Shown piece by piece: positions 17,500-26,460 of a DNA stretch of 64,000 nt. The position numbers were made by a program, and so were the translations under genes. The DNA is from a virus. Every line of letters begins with the position of its first letter. Positions within the stretch are counted from its first letter, which is position 1. A model generated the notes under the pieces. It saw only the letters and a list, made by a program, of their open reading frames with translations, was not told where the DNA came from and made no database searches. The stretch covers positions 7,985 through 71,984 of IMG/VR virus record IMGVR_UViG_3300033149_003459. One strand, written 5' to 3'.

Positions 17500-17903
17500 T
17501 GCCCACCATCACGCATGCCAAGACAGCGTACGAAAGGTACAGGTGGTTCCTTATCTTGATGGGGTTGTGGCCCGAGCATCCGACGGATGCCAACGACAGT
17601 CGACCTCCGCACGATTACGCGCCCATGGACATGAAGCACGCGGTCGAGCAGCGAAGGCGGGAGGGAGAGGCCGTGGGCGTGTGTCCGGTGTGTGGATGGT
17701 TGCCGCAAATACCAGGTCCGACAGGCGTCCAAATCGGAGGACACGAGTACTGGTGTACCCCTCAGATGCGCGAGGATCACGAGATCGCAGAGAGGGCACG
17801 ATATCAGCTCAATATCAGCAGTGCTGAACGGGGTTTCCGTCAGTCGGCGGTGTCCATTCATGGCGTGGTGCGATACATCGTCAATGGTGAGGAGGAGAAA
17901 TGA
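17499..17903 (+). CDS. Hypothetical protein, module-sharing paralog C
   Basis: PPHDYAPMDMKHA, CPVC and MREDHEIAERARYQL shared with paralog A. Confidence 0.6.
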   Translation: MPTITHAKTAYERYRWFLILMGLWPEHPTDANDSRPPHDYAPMDMKHAVEQRRREGEAVGVCPVCGWLPQIPGPTGVQIGGHEYWCTPQMREDHEIAERARYQLNISSAERGFRQSAVSIHGVVRYIVNGEEEK

Positions 17904-18142
17904 AAGCACGGTTTGACAAAGACGGGGCTATAGAAATCGAAAGAGCGGGGCAGTGGAAAGGGCAATATTGCTATCATGGCATGGATGTCAGATGTAGCGA
18001 TGCCTGTCCGCTGCTTCTCGAATATACAACGAGGATGCCAGGCGAACTCCCGACGGTTACGCGGTACATCAATATCGGCTGCAGCCACATATCGCATGAC
18101 CTCGTTGGGGATATGAGGCCAATCACAGAGAGAGAAAAATGA
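17900..18142 (+). CDS. Hypothetical protein
   Basis: ATGA coupling, RBS GAGGAG. Confidence 0.55.
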   Translation: MKARFDKDGAIEIERAGQWKGQYCYHGMDVRCSDACPLLLEYTTRMPGELPTVTRYINIGCSHISHDLVGDMRPITEREK

Positions 18143-18372
18143 CACAAGAACAGCTCGATAGAGGAAACGAGATCCAGGAAAGACTTAAGGTTTTGCGGAG
18201 TTGTAGAGTGGCGCTGATCAAATCTATACGATCTCCCGAGAACAATAGGCTTTACCTCAGCGGAAGCGCACCACGGCTCCCTTTCATGTTGTCCGTCGAG
18301 CACAAACAAGCGCTATTGCCTCTGATCAAAACGGAGATTTCCGAGCTTGAAAACTCTATGGAACGCTTGTAG
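18139..18372 (+). CDS. Hypothetical protein
   Basis: ATGA coupling. Confidence 0.55.
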   Translation: MTQEQLDRGNEIQERLKVLRSCRVALIKSIRSPENNRLYLSGSAPRLPFMLSVEHKQALLPLIKTEISELENSMERL

Positions 18373-18380
18373 GAGGAATA

Positions 18381-18830
18381 ATGTGCAGGTCAAGGATTTC
18401 GTTGCTGGTATTCTCACTGGCGCTGCTCTCGCCGTCGTTGTGCTTCTCCTCTTCCCCGGTGCTGGGGAAGCTGAAGGAATTGAAGCAGAACTACGGGCAG
18501 CTCAGGACGCAGGTCGCCAAGCTGGAGAGGAGCTTGCAGGAGCGCGAGCGGAAATTGAGCGACTACGAGCGGCTTACAGCCGAGCAGAGGCGGACCGTGC
18601 TGAGCTTGAGAGCCGCCTTGCTGAGCAGCAGCGAGTCACTTCGGAGCTTAGAGCGCAGGCTGACGATGACCGAGCGACAATTGAAAGCATCGAGCGCATC
18701 GTTGGAAGCGGCGAGGGCATCATTGACGAGCTTATCGCGTTCTTTGAAGCGCGAGCGGATTAAGGCCGCCGCCATGGGGGGCGCCTCCGGCGTTGTGCTC
18801 GGGCTCCTTGCCGGGCTGGTGGTGAAGTGA
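18381..18830 (+). CDS. Signal peptide + coiled coil + C-terminal TM protein (spanin-like)
   Basis: AGGAGG RBS; hydrophobic N-terminus, heptad-rich centre, C-terminal GGASGVVLGLLAGLVVK. Confidence 0.6.
   Translation: MCRSRISLLVFSLALLSPSLCFSSSPVLGKLKELKQNYGQLRTQVAKLERSLQERERKLSDYERLTAEQRRTVLSLRAALLSSSESLRSLERRLTMTERQLKASSASLEAARASLTSLSRSLKRERIKAAAMGGASGVVLGLLAGLVVK
18383..18763 (+). CDS. N-terminal TM + coiled-coil protein nested in the previous gene (i-spanin-like)
   Basis: GTG 2 nt after the partner ATG, same RBS; FVAGILTGAALAVVVLLLF followed by a coiled coil. Confidence 0.5.
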   Translation: MQVKDFVAGILTGAALAVVVLLLFPGAGEAEGIEAELRAAQDAGRQAGEELAGARAEIERLRAAYSRAEADRAELESRLAEQQRVTSELRAQADDDRATIESIERIVGSGEGIIDELIAFFEARAD

Positions 18831-19051
18831 GCGACCCGCGGCTGTGCCCCGAGTGCGGCGCTGGGAGCCGCGTCATAGAGACGCGGCCCGCAAGCATGGG
18901 GACGCGCCGACGCCGGGTGTGCGTCGAGTGCGGGCACAGGTGGTCGACGCGGGAGACGGTCATGGGGGCGGAGCCGGACTGCCTGGCGGAGCGGGCGTTC
19001 GAGCTGGTGAGCAGGATGTGCCGCGTGTGCGAGCACAGAAATGGTACCTGA
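18827..19051 (+). CDS. NrdR-like N-terminal zinc-ribbon protein
   Basis: CPECG..SRVIETR...RRRRVCVECGHRWSTRE; lacks the ATP-cone. Confidence 0.7.
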   Translation: MSDPRLCPECGAGSRVIETRPASMGTRRRRVCVECGHRWSTRETVMGAEPDCLAERAFELVSRMCRVCEHRNGT

Positions 19052-19382
19052 TGTGTTCTATTTCCGGGACTGGGTCTACGAGCTGCTGAGCCGGTGGGGG
19101 CTGCTCGTGCTGCTGTTCGCGTTCACCGGCGTGTGGACCGGCGTGGTGGTCCTCGTTACGTGGCTCGCCGTGCACAGCAGCGAGCGGCGCAACGTCGTGC
19201 GCCACCTGGACGAGGCGGCCAGGCACGAGGTGGGGCTGCGCGACGATCGGATAGCCCTCCTGGAGGAGCGCCTGCGCGACGAGCGGCGGCGCGCCTCGGA
19301 CATGGCGGTCGGGCTTCGGGGCGTGAAGAACATAGTCGACGGGGTGCTGTACGCGCGGGCGATGGAGGAAAAGGATGGGTGA
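19041..19382 (+). CDS. Hypothetical membrane protein
   Basis: One TM segment plus coiled coil. Confidence 0.55.
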   Translation: MVPDVFYFRDWVYELLSRWGLLVLLFAFTGVWTGVVVLVTWLAVHSSERRNVVRHLDEAARHEVGLRDDRIALLEERLRDERRRASDMAVGLRGVKNIVDGVLYARAMEEKDG

Positions 19383-19758
19383 GGAGCACGGAAGGGGGCT
19401 GTGTCACCGGTGCGAGCACAGGGCGCGCGCGCTGGAGACGGGCGGCGGCCCGCGGTGGGAGTGTGGGAACTTCGGCGAGGCCGTGACGAGCTGCTACATG
19501 TACCTGCCGGTGCTTCCGGCGATCATGGAGAGGCACGAGAACGACGACCGGGAGATACGCTGGCCGGCGTTCGCGCGGGCGCGGAGCCGCTATGTCGGTG
19601 TGGTCGATACGGGGATGGTAAAGCCCGTGATCCAGCGTGTCGGCGGCGGGTACACGATACTGTGGGAGAAGGTGGGGGGCGCGGACCAGGCGCGCACGGC
19701 CTGGGATCGCCTCAAGGCCGCGCTTCGCAGGTATCTCATGCTCTGGAACGCCGGTTAG
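19375..19758 (+). CDS. Hypothetical protein
   Basis: LCHRCEHRA...PRWECG...SCYMY. Confidence 0.55.
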   Translation: MGEEHGRGLCHRCEHRARALETGGGPRWECGNFGEAVTSCYMYLPVLPAIMERHENDDREIRWPAFARARSRYVGVVDTGMVKPVIQRVGGGYTILWEKVGGADQARTAWDRLKAALRRYLMLWNAG

Positions 19759-19905
19759 GTATCGGAGGGGGCACATGACTGAGAAGGTTTCAAGGATGGT
19801 CGAGCTGATCACGGATGTCGGCTCGTACGCGCGCGAGTGCAGGGCGGACAGCAGCGACGTGAGCAAGACCATGCGGGCGCTCGTCGGCACCGAAGGGGGG
19901 CAGGA

Positions 19906-20172
19906 ATGACCGAGGGCGTGTTCACGGTCCTGGAGGCCGCCGAGAGGCTCGGGGCGGCCAGGCGGGCGGCCGTCGGCGGCGACACCTCCATGACGGGCCA
20001 GGAGGTGGGGGCGCTCGCCGACAGCCTGTCGAGGTCGTTCACCGGCATAAGCGGGGACGAGGCGTCCATGATCGACGACATCAGCACGGGGCTGCGGATG
20101 CTCTCCATGGCGCTGCGGCGCGTGCTGGCGAGCCTGAGCGCCGAGGAGGCCGGCGGTGCGGGGGAGAACTGA
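19906..20172 (+). CDS. Hypothetical protein
   Basis: ATGA-coupled ORF. Confidence 0.45.
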   Translation: MTEGVFTVLEAAERLGAARRAAVGGDTSMTGQEVGALADSLSRSFTGISGDEASMIDDISTGLRMLSMALRRVLASLSAEEAGGAGEN

Positions 20173-20427
20173 GGGCCGCGCGGGCAGGGACGCGCGGAGG
20201 AGGCTGAGGGGGCTCGGCCTCGGCGAGTGGACGCCCGGCATGTGCGCCGACTACTACTTCGACGGCAGGAGCATGCGCCGCAAGGCGCCGAAGGAGCGCA
20301 TGAGTAAGAAGGAGCGCCGCAGGCGCAGGGGCACCGACGGCCCGTCGATGCGGGCCATGGATAGGGGGGAATAGCGCATGATAGGCTATCATTCGAGGGG
20401 CTCGTCCAATTCGTCAACCGCGGTCCG

Positions 20428-21294
20428 GTGGCGGTCGTGAGGCCGCTGCTGCTGGTCACCCGCGCCAACCCGCCGGACGACGAGCTGGTCGCGTTCGTGG
20501 ACGGGTGCGTGTCCAGCGACCGGAAGGTCGTCATCGGCGTGGTGGAGTCCCAGGTGTCCGAGGAGACGCCGCTCGCGTGGTCCGTCGTTGTGAAGATGCT
20601 GCGGAAATGGTACACAGGCTACTCGGATACAGTGAGCGTCGTCCCGCTGCCGGACGTCGGGGCGGTGTCCGTCATGGACGGGGGCGGGCGCATAGTGGCC
20701 CCGGTGCCGTCCAGGCCGCCGCACGGCATCGCCAGCTCGTTCTGCTTCCAGTGCTTCGAGGAGCAGGCCGGGTTCGTGGTGTGGCTGACGGGGCTGCCGT
20801 CCTCCGGCAAGTCGACGATAGCCTCGCGGCTGTGGGGTTGGTTCAACCAGAATGGGATAACCACGCAGGTCCTCGACGGGGACACCCTCCGGGCCGGGGC
20901 GCACAGCTCGCTCGGGTTCAGCCGGGCCGGTCGCATTGAGAACATCAGGCGGGCCGGAAGGATCGCGCGCACGCTGCAGGCGTACCACGTCGGGGTCATA
21001 GCCGCGTTCATCACGCCGTACCGCGGGATGCGGGCTTCGCTGAGGCGCATGCTTGGCGACAACTACGTCGAGGTCTACGTCAGGGCGTCGCGCGATGAGT
21101 GCATCCGGCGCGACGTGAAGGGCCTGTGGGGGCGCGCGCTGCGCGGGGAGATAGAGAACTTCACGGGCGTCGGCGACAGGTACGAGGCTCCCCTGCACCC
21201 CGACCTCACGGTGGACACGGAGGTCCTTTCACACGTGAACTGCGTGAACCTCATCGTCGACCACCTGAAGATGAGGGGGGTGATACCGAAATGA
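20428..21294 (+). CDS. cysC: Adenylyl-sulfate (APS) kinase with an N-terminal extra domain
   Basis: VWLTGLPSSGKST, LDGD, LGFSRAGRIENIRR, RRDVKGL, NFTGV..YEAP; start uncertain (frame open to about 20365). Confidence 0.92.
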   Translation: MAVVRPLLLVTRANPPDDELVAFVDGCVSSDRKVVIGVVESQVSEETPLAWSVVVKMLRKWYTGYSDTVSVVPLPDVGAVSVMDGGGRIVAPVPSRPPHGIASSFCFQCFEEQAGFVVWLTGLPSSGKSTIASRLWGWFNQNGITTQVLDGDTLRAGAHSSLGFSRAGRIENIRRAGRIARTLQAYHVGVIAAFITPYRGMRASLRRMLGDNYVEVYVRASRDECIRRDVKGLWGRALRGEIENFTGVGDRYEAPLHPDLTVDTEVLSHVNCVNLIVDHLKMRGVIPK

Positions 21295-22181
21295 GGATAA
21301 GCGTCTACCATCGCGGGAGCGCCCATTTCCTGACGCCGCTGCTGGACCATTGGGAGGCGAACGGCTGGACCGTGGACAGGGAGCTGGGAGGGGCCGACGT
21401 CATCTGGGTCGAATGGGCCAACGAGCAGTCCGTCAGGGCGCTCTCCGATGCGCGGCGCAGGAACGTCGTGGTGCGCATGCTCGGCTCCGAGTACTGGCAG
21501 GAGTTCTGGAGGAAATGGGACCTGTCGAAGCTGCACACGGTCGTGCAGTCGAGCGGCGTCACGGTGATACCTGGCGTCCGGTGGGAGTGCATCCCGCCGG
21601 GCATCGACGCCAACTTCTGGATGTCCAACTACGACGGGGACAGGGACAACCGCCTGATAGTGGTCGGCAGCTTCACCTACACGAAGAACCACGTCGGGCT
21701 GCTGCGCGTCCTGGCGGACCGCCCGCTCGCGTTCGACGAGGTGATGTTCGTGGGGCCGCTCGACCGCGACGGGAGGCCAGGCCCGAGGATCGAGGCGAGG
21801 AAGATCGTGGACCTGTGCCGCCGGTACGCGGACCGCTACGGGATCAACCTCGTGATCCACGACAGGATGAGCAGGGAGTCGCTGCGCGACCTGTACTGCC
21901 GCTCGGCGCTGATGGTGTGCCCGGCCATAAACAGCTTCTCGGCGGTGGTGGGCGAGGCGATGGCCTGCGAGTGCAAGGTGCTGGTGGCCGACTGGCCGGG
22001 CTCCTGGGTGCACTGGCCCGAGCGGATCATATACTCCACCGAGCGCGAGTTCTGGAGCAAGTGGGACAACTACCCCATGCGGCAGTACGACCTGCGCAGA
22101 TGGGTGGTGGACAGGTTCCACACGGACGTGGTCTTCGAGAGGATAGACCGCGTCATCCGGGAGGCGGCGAGGGTGGTGTGA
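21291..22181 (+). CDS. GT-B (GT4-like) glycosyltransferase
   Basis: ADVIWVEWANE, IPPGID, KNH, SFSAVVGEAMACEC. Confidence 0.78.
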   Translation: MRISVYHRGSAHFLTPLLDHWEANGWTVDRELGGADVIWVEWANEQSVRALSDARRRNVVVRMLGSEYWQEFWRKWDLSKLHTVVQSSGVTVIPGVRWECIPPGIDANFWMSNYDGDRDNRLIVVGSFTYTKNHVGLLRVLADRPLAFDEVMFVGPLDRDGRPGPRIEARKIVDLCRRYADRYGINLVIHDRMSRESLRDLYCRSALMVCPAINSFSAVVGEAMACECKVLVADWPGSWVHWPERIIYSTEREFWSKWDNYPMRQYDLRRWVVDRFHTDVVFERIDRVIREAARVV

Positions 22182-22384
22182 CGCGGGTGTTGCGCCTGTC
22201 GCCGCATGGGGGTATGCTGAGCCATGAAGGAATGCCAGGTATGCAGGAAGTCGCTGACGAGCAGGGACCACTCGCTGCGCGTGACCGTGCAGCGGGACGT
22301 GTTCTTCGAGATGCACTTCTGGCTGTGCGAGAAGCACTACGAGGAGCTCCGGCAGTGGGCCGAGGGGAAGACGGTGCTGCACAG

Positions 22385-22639
22385 ATGAGCGGCGACGCCC
22401 CGTACCTGGCCGACGACGTGAAGCAGGACGTGCTCGACGCGCTCGCGCTGGTGCGGAAGGAGTTCTCCAAGCTCGGGGCCATCGCGGGGTTCTGCTGCGT
22501 GGCGGTGGGCAACCCGGACAGCGACGGGAGCGTGACGTTCAGCATGAGCTGGGACCGCGACGGCGACAACGCGCGCGTCATCAGCCTCGCGAGCCAGGGG
22601 GTCCGGCTGCTGAAGAACGGGGGGCGCTCTGGACCGTGA
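22385..22639 (+). CDS. Hypothetical protein
   Basis: Short ORF with genome-typical codon usage. Confidence 0.45.
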   Translation: MSGDAPYLADDVKQDVLDALALVRKEFSKLGAIAGFCCVAVGNPDSDGSVTFSMSWDRDGDNARVISLASQGVRLLKNGGRSGP

Positions 22640-22871
22640 AGGTCGTCTTTCGAGGGAGGACCGGCAGGCCGCAGCCACGGGTCGCGGACGTCGTCCGGCG
22701 CGGCCCGCAGCGCGCACGGTCCGGCGGCATCAGGACCACCGGCGTGGTGCGCAGGTGCGAGGTATGCGACGAGACGCGCCCGTGCGACCTGCGGCACGAC
22801 CCGTGGCAGGAGGCGGCGTACGGGAGGCGCGTCCTGAAGTGGTACTGCCGGGAGTGCTACGAGGCCGTGCG

Positions 22872-23222
22872 GTGACCGGGTGCTACGACTGCGGTCTCGA
22901 CTACGGCACCGATGGCTGGGTAGACGCCGTGGTGCCGGACGAGTTCTGGCTGGCTATCAGCCCCACGGGGCACGGAGGGGGCATCCTGTGCATCGACTGC
23001 ATGGCCCGCAGGCTGGCAAACCTGCGGCTGCGCGGCGTCCCGGTCCGGCTGGAGTCGGGGCCGTTCAGGCACGGCACGGATTGCCCCTCCCTGTGGCGCA
23101 GGCTGTTCTGGCGGATCACCAACCATCTGTTCATGCGGCAGCGCCTACGCAGGAGGCACCTGGACGTGGACTTCTACACAGACTGGGACGACGGGCACGG
23201 GAGGACGGCCATGAGAAAGTGA
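22872..23222 (+). CDS. Hypothetical Cys-motif protein
   Basis: CYDCG...VPDEFW...GGILCIDCMARRL. Confidence 0.55.
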   Translation: MTGCYDCGLDYGTDGWVDAVVPDEFWLAISPTGHGGGILCIDCMARRLANLRLRGVPVRLESGPFRHGTDCPSLWRRLFWRITNHLFMRQRLRRRHLDVDFYTDWDDGHGRTAMRK

Positions 23223-23240
23223 CCACGTAAGGGGGAGACC

Positions 23241-23426
23241 ATGGCCGTCATCAAGGACGCGAAGCGCCACCGGAAGGGCAAGTCCGGCACAAGCAAGTAC
23301 GGGCGCAACAAGGCGAAGTGCGAGCGCTACCGGGCTCGCGGCCAGCGGGAGCGGAACAAGGCGCGCAGGGCCGAGAGGCTGCGCAGGCACCTTGAGAGGT
23401 GCGCCGCCCGCAGGGCCGGTGGCTGA
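23241..23426 (+). CDS. Small very basic protein
   Basis: K/R-rich 61 aa, RBS GGGGAG. Confidence 0.55.
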   Translation: MAVIKDAKRHRKGKSGTSKYGRNKAKCERYRARGQRERNKARRAERLRRHLERCAARRAGG

Positions 23427-23433
23427 GGTTTAC

Positions 23434-23480
23434 CGCGAGCGCCTATTATAGTATATTATACATGATAATAGGCGCTTGCG
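23434..23480. promoter_or_regulatory. AT-cored palindrome, putative operator or promoter
   Basis: CGCGAGCGCCTATTAT-15 nt-ATAATAGGCGCTTGCG (15/16 complementary), upstream of an HTH gene. Confidence 0.55.
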
Positions 23481-23500
23481 CCGAAAAGGAGTACCCACAG

Positions 23501-23701
23501 ATGGAAAGGGAATGGACCATCAAGGAGATAGCGGACGAGCTCGGCATCACGCGGGACGCGGTCCTGAAGATCGCGCGCGGCAAGCTCGGGCTCGGCACTA
23601 AGGACGTCGGCATGTGGTGGTTCACCGCCGACGACGTCTCCAAGATCAAGGCCAACTGCCGGAAGTACCGGCTGGCCCAGCGCCGGCCCGCGAAGGTCTG
23701 A
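23501..23701 (+). CDS. Small HTH DNA-binding protein
   Basis: WTIKEIADELGITRDAV...WWFTADDV. Confidence 0.75.
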   Translation: MEREWTIKEIADELGITRDAVLKIARGKLGLGTKDVGMWWFTADDVSKIKANCRKYRLAQRRPAKV

Positions 23702-23712
23702 GGTCCTCCGGC

Positions 23713-24657
23713 ATGGGGGAACTGAAGGTCGGGCTGTTCGGCGTCGGCAGGATGGGGAGCAACCACCTGCGCGTGCTCAGCGGCATGGACGGGGTCGCCG
23801 TCAGGGCGTACGACCCGGGGGCGGCCTTCTGCCCGCGCGCGCCGTCGGCTGTGATGGTGCCCGGGGCGGGGGAGCTGATGAGGTGGGCCGACGCCGTGGT
23901 GGTGGCCACACCGATACCGGCTCACTACGGCATAGCGAAGAACGCGCTGCTGAATGGCAAGCCGGTCCTGTGCGAGAAGCCGGTGTGCGGTGACATAGAC
24001 CAGCTCCGGCACCTGATGGAGACGTCGAGGGCACGCAACGTCCTGCTGATGGGCGGCTACGTGGAGCGGTACAACCCGGCCGTCGGCGTGCTCTGCGACC
24101 GCGGACGTGCCAGCGTCGCCATGGTCGAGATGGAGCGCGTCGGGAACGTGCCGGAGGCCGACCGCGTGCCATGCGGCGTGGTGATGGACATAGCCGTGCA
24201 CGACTACGACCTGCTGTCGCGGGTGTTCCCCGGGTGCCGCATCCGCGTGGTGCACTCCTCGCTGCTGTTCGACGGCACCGTGGCGGTGCGGGCGGACGTG
24301 GTGCTCGGGATGCGCTGGGCCGGTAGGGACATACCGGTGCACGTGAGGACGAGCTGGGTCGGCCTGCGCAAGCGAAGGCTGATCGGCCTGCACTACCGGC
24401 AGTACACGTCCTTCGCCGACCTGGTCAACAGGCGGGTGTGGACCGTCAACAGGATGACGGGCAGGAGGCGGGTGCGCGACGTCAACGACGGCAGGACGCC
24501 CCTTGAGATAGAGCTGGACCGGTTCGTCGGGATGGTAAAGGACGGCTATCCGGGCGGTCCGGTCCACGTCGGCGAGGAGGCCGTGAGGATAGCGGAGGAG
24601 GCGTGCGGTGTCGGCGCGGCGGCACAGGGGCGGCGACCAGGACGCTGGTTCTGCTGA
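23713..24657 (+). CDS. Gfo/Idh/MocA oxidoreductase (WbpB-like)
   Basis: GVGRMG, ATP, CEKP, ERYNPA, DIAVHD. Confidence 0.9.
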   Translation: MGELKVGLFGVGRMGSNHLRVLSGMDGVAVRAYDPGAAFCPRAPSAVMVPGAGELMRWADAVVVATPIPAHYGIAKNALLNGKPVLCEKPVCGDIDQLRHLMETSRARNVLLMGGYVERYNPAVGVLCDRGRASVAMVEMERVGNVPEADRVPCGVVMDIAVHDYDLLSRVFPGCRIRVVHSSLLFDGTVAVRADVVLGMRWAGRDIPVHVRTSWVGLRKRRLIGLHYRQYTSFADLVNRRVWTVNRMTGRRRVRDVNDGRTPLEIELDRFVGMVKDGYPGGPVHVGEEAVRIAEEACGVGAAAQGRRPGRWFC

Positions 24658-24843
24658 CGTTATCCGTCCTCCTGGTGGCGCTGTCGCTGATCCTGTGACC
24701 GAGGACGGGCGGTCGCTGCTCCACAGCATCCTGCTGTTCCCGCCGGTCCTGCTGCTCACCATAGTCGGCATGCTGGTGATGGCGTGCAGGGGCGACCTCG
24801 TCTGCCTGTGGCGCGACATCATCGACCAGTACAGGAGCACGCG

Positions 24844-26133
24844 GTGAAGGACAGGGTGACGGTGATCGGACTCGGCCAGATCGGCATCCCGACGGCGCTC
24901 GCGTTCGCGCACGCAGGGATCAAGGTCACCGGGGTAGACAGCGACCCCGGGAGGCTGCGGCAGCTGAAGATGGGCGACTTCTGCGTGCCGGAGCACCTCG
25001 ACAACCGCGCTGACGACCTGCGGTCCATAGGCCTGTCGAGCAGCCTCGACAGCGTCCCGGACGCCGACGCCGTGGTCATCTGCATACCGCTGCTGATGTC
25101 CAGGTCGTCCCTGAGGAGGCCGGTCCCGCATTGGGGGCCGTTCGACAGCCTCGTCAGGCAGGTGGCGGAGCGGCTGACGGCGGGCACGCTGGTGTCCGTC
25201 GAGACGACAGTCGTGCCGGGAACCACACGCCACCGCGTGGCTCCGATGCTTGAGGAGGGCGGACTGTGCGTGGGTGAGGACGTGTGGCTCGTGCACGCGC
25301 CTGAGAGGCTGATGCCGGGCTCCGCCGTCAGGTCGTACAGGTCGACCGCCCGCGTGGTGGGCGGGTGCACGTCCGAGTGCGCGCTGTCCGGGCGGAGCCT
25401 GTACCGCCGGGTCGTGAACAGGGTGGTGCCGGACACGTGCGACATGGCCGAGATGTCGAAGCTCGTGGAGAACGCGCACAGGTACGTCAACATAGCGTTC
25501 GCCAACGAGGTGGCGGTGGCGTGCGACGACTACGGCATCAACGTGCACAGTCTGTACCAGCTCATGGACGCCGTGGCGGCTTCCAGGCGGTTCCTGCGCC
25601 ACGGTCCAGGCGTCGGCGGTTCGTGCCTCATGAAGGACACGCAGCTCCTCGCCCACGGCATGGGAGACCCGCAGCTGCTCGACGCGGCGATGCGGGTCAA
25701 CCTCCACATGCCGTGCCACGTCGCGGACCTGGTCGTCGAGGCGCTTAATAGCGCTGGCGTGGCGCGCGGGGACGCCGTGGTGGTGCTGCTTGGCACCGCG
25801 TACAGGCCCGGTGTGGCGCTGGACACGAACAGCCCGGCGCGGGTGGTCGGGGACGAGCTCGCGGACTACCATATCGGCGAGATTCGCCTGCACGACCCGC
25901 ACGTCTCCGCCAACAGCGGCAGCATCGCTGAGGCGCTGAGCGGCGCTGACTGCGCGGTGTTCCTTGTCAGGCACCCGGAGTACATGTGGGGGGAGATACC
26001 GGCTGACGTCATGAAGGCTATGATGCGGACGCCCATAATAGTCGATGCCTGTGACGCGACGAACCCCGGCATGTACGTGAAAGCCGGTTTCGCGCACGTG
26101 GGCGTCGGGACCGGGGTGCGTGGTGGCGCTTAG
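24844..26133 (+). CDS. UDP-N-acetylhexosamine 6-dehydrogenase family (WbpA/WecC-like)
   Basis: VIGLGQIG, ETTVVPGTT, PERLMPG, AEMSKLVEN..RYVNIAFANE, GPGVGGSC. Confidence 0.92.
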   Translation: MKDRVTVIGLGQIGIPTALAFAHAGIKVTGVDSDPGRLRQLKMGDFCVPEHLDNRADDLRSIGLSSSLDSVPDADAVVICIPLLMSRSSLRRPVPHWGPFDSLVRQVAERLTAGTLVSVETTVVPGTTRHRVAPMLEEGGLCVGEDVWLVHAPERLMPGSAVRSYRSTARVVGGCTSECALSGRSLYRRVVNRVVPDTCDMAEMSKLVENAHRYVNIAFANEVAVACDDYGINVHSLYQLMDAVAASRRFLRHGPGVGGSCLMKDTQLLAHGMGDPQLLDAAMRVNLHMPCHVADLVVEALNSAGVARGDAVVVLLGTAYRPGVALDTNSPARVVGDELADYHIGEIRLHDPHVSANSGSIAEALSGADCAVFLVRHPEYMWGEIPADVMKAMMRTPIIVDACDATNPGMYVKAGFAHVGVGTGVRGGA

Positions 26134-26431
26134 GTTCGTCCGGTGGGTGCACAGGGTCCGGCAGCGTCGCCGCGGGCTCACGCGCACGCGCGACCTCATA
26201 AACGCCTTGGAGGAGCTGCGCGGGGCGTATGCCAACTTCTACTGCGAGCTCACCGTCACGCACGGGCGCGGGGAGTGGGCCACGGCGTTCCGCCTCCGTG
26301 GCGAGATCCCGTGGAGGGAGCGCCGGTACACGTTGCGCAGCGACAGCTCGAAGGTCAGCCTCAGCGAGCACCTGGAGCGCACGGTCGCCATGCTGCGGGA
26401 GAAGGTGCTTGTGTTGCATAATCGCGTCTGA
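26120..26431 (+). CDS. Hypothetical protein
   Basis: Coupled ORF. Confidence 0.45.
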   Translation: MVALRFVRWVHRVRQRRRGLTRTRDLINALEELRGAYANFYCELTVTHGRGEWATAFRLRGEIPWRERRYTLRSDSSKVSLSEHLERTVAMLREKVLVLHNRV

Positions 26432-26442
26432 CGGCGTACTAT
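26414..26442 (+). promoter_or_regulatory. Sigma70-like promoter upstream of the head genes
   Basis: TTGCAT-17 bp-TACTAT. Confidence 0.45.
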
Positions 26443-26460
26443 CACGGTAGAGGTGCAGAG

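Noticed and set aside
16118-17788. Diversity-generating retroelement TR/VR pair (also considered for 53529/54163)
   Set aside because: No reverse transcriptase in the window, the repeats are short, and differences are not adenine-specific
23446-26235. 929-aa minus-strand ORF (also 46994..50587, 40861..42645, 39169..40707 and similar)
   Set aside because: Antisense shadows of GC3-rich plus-strand genes that have clear motifs
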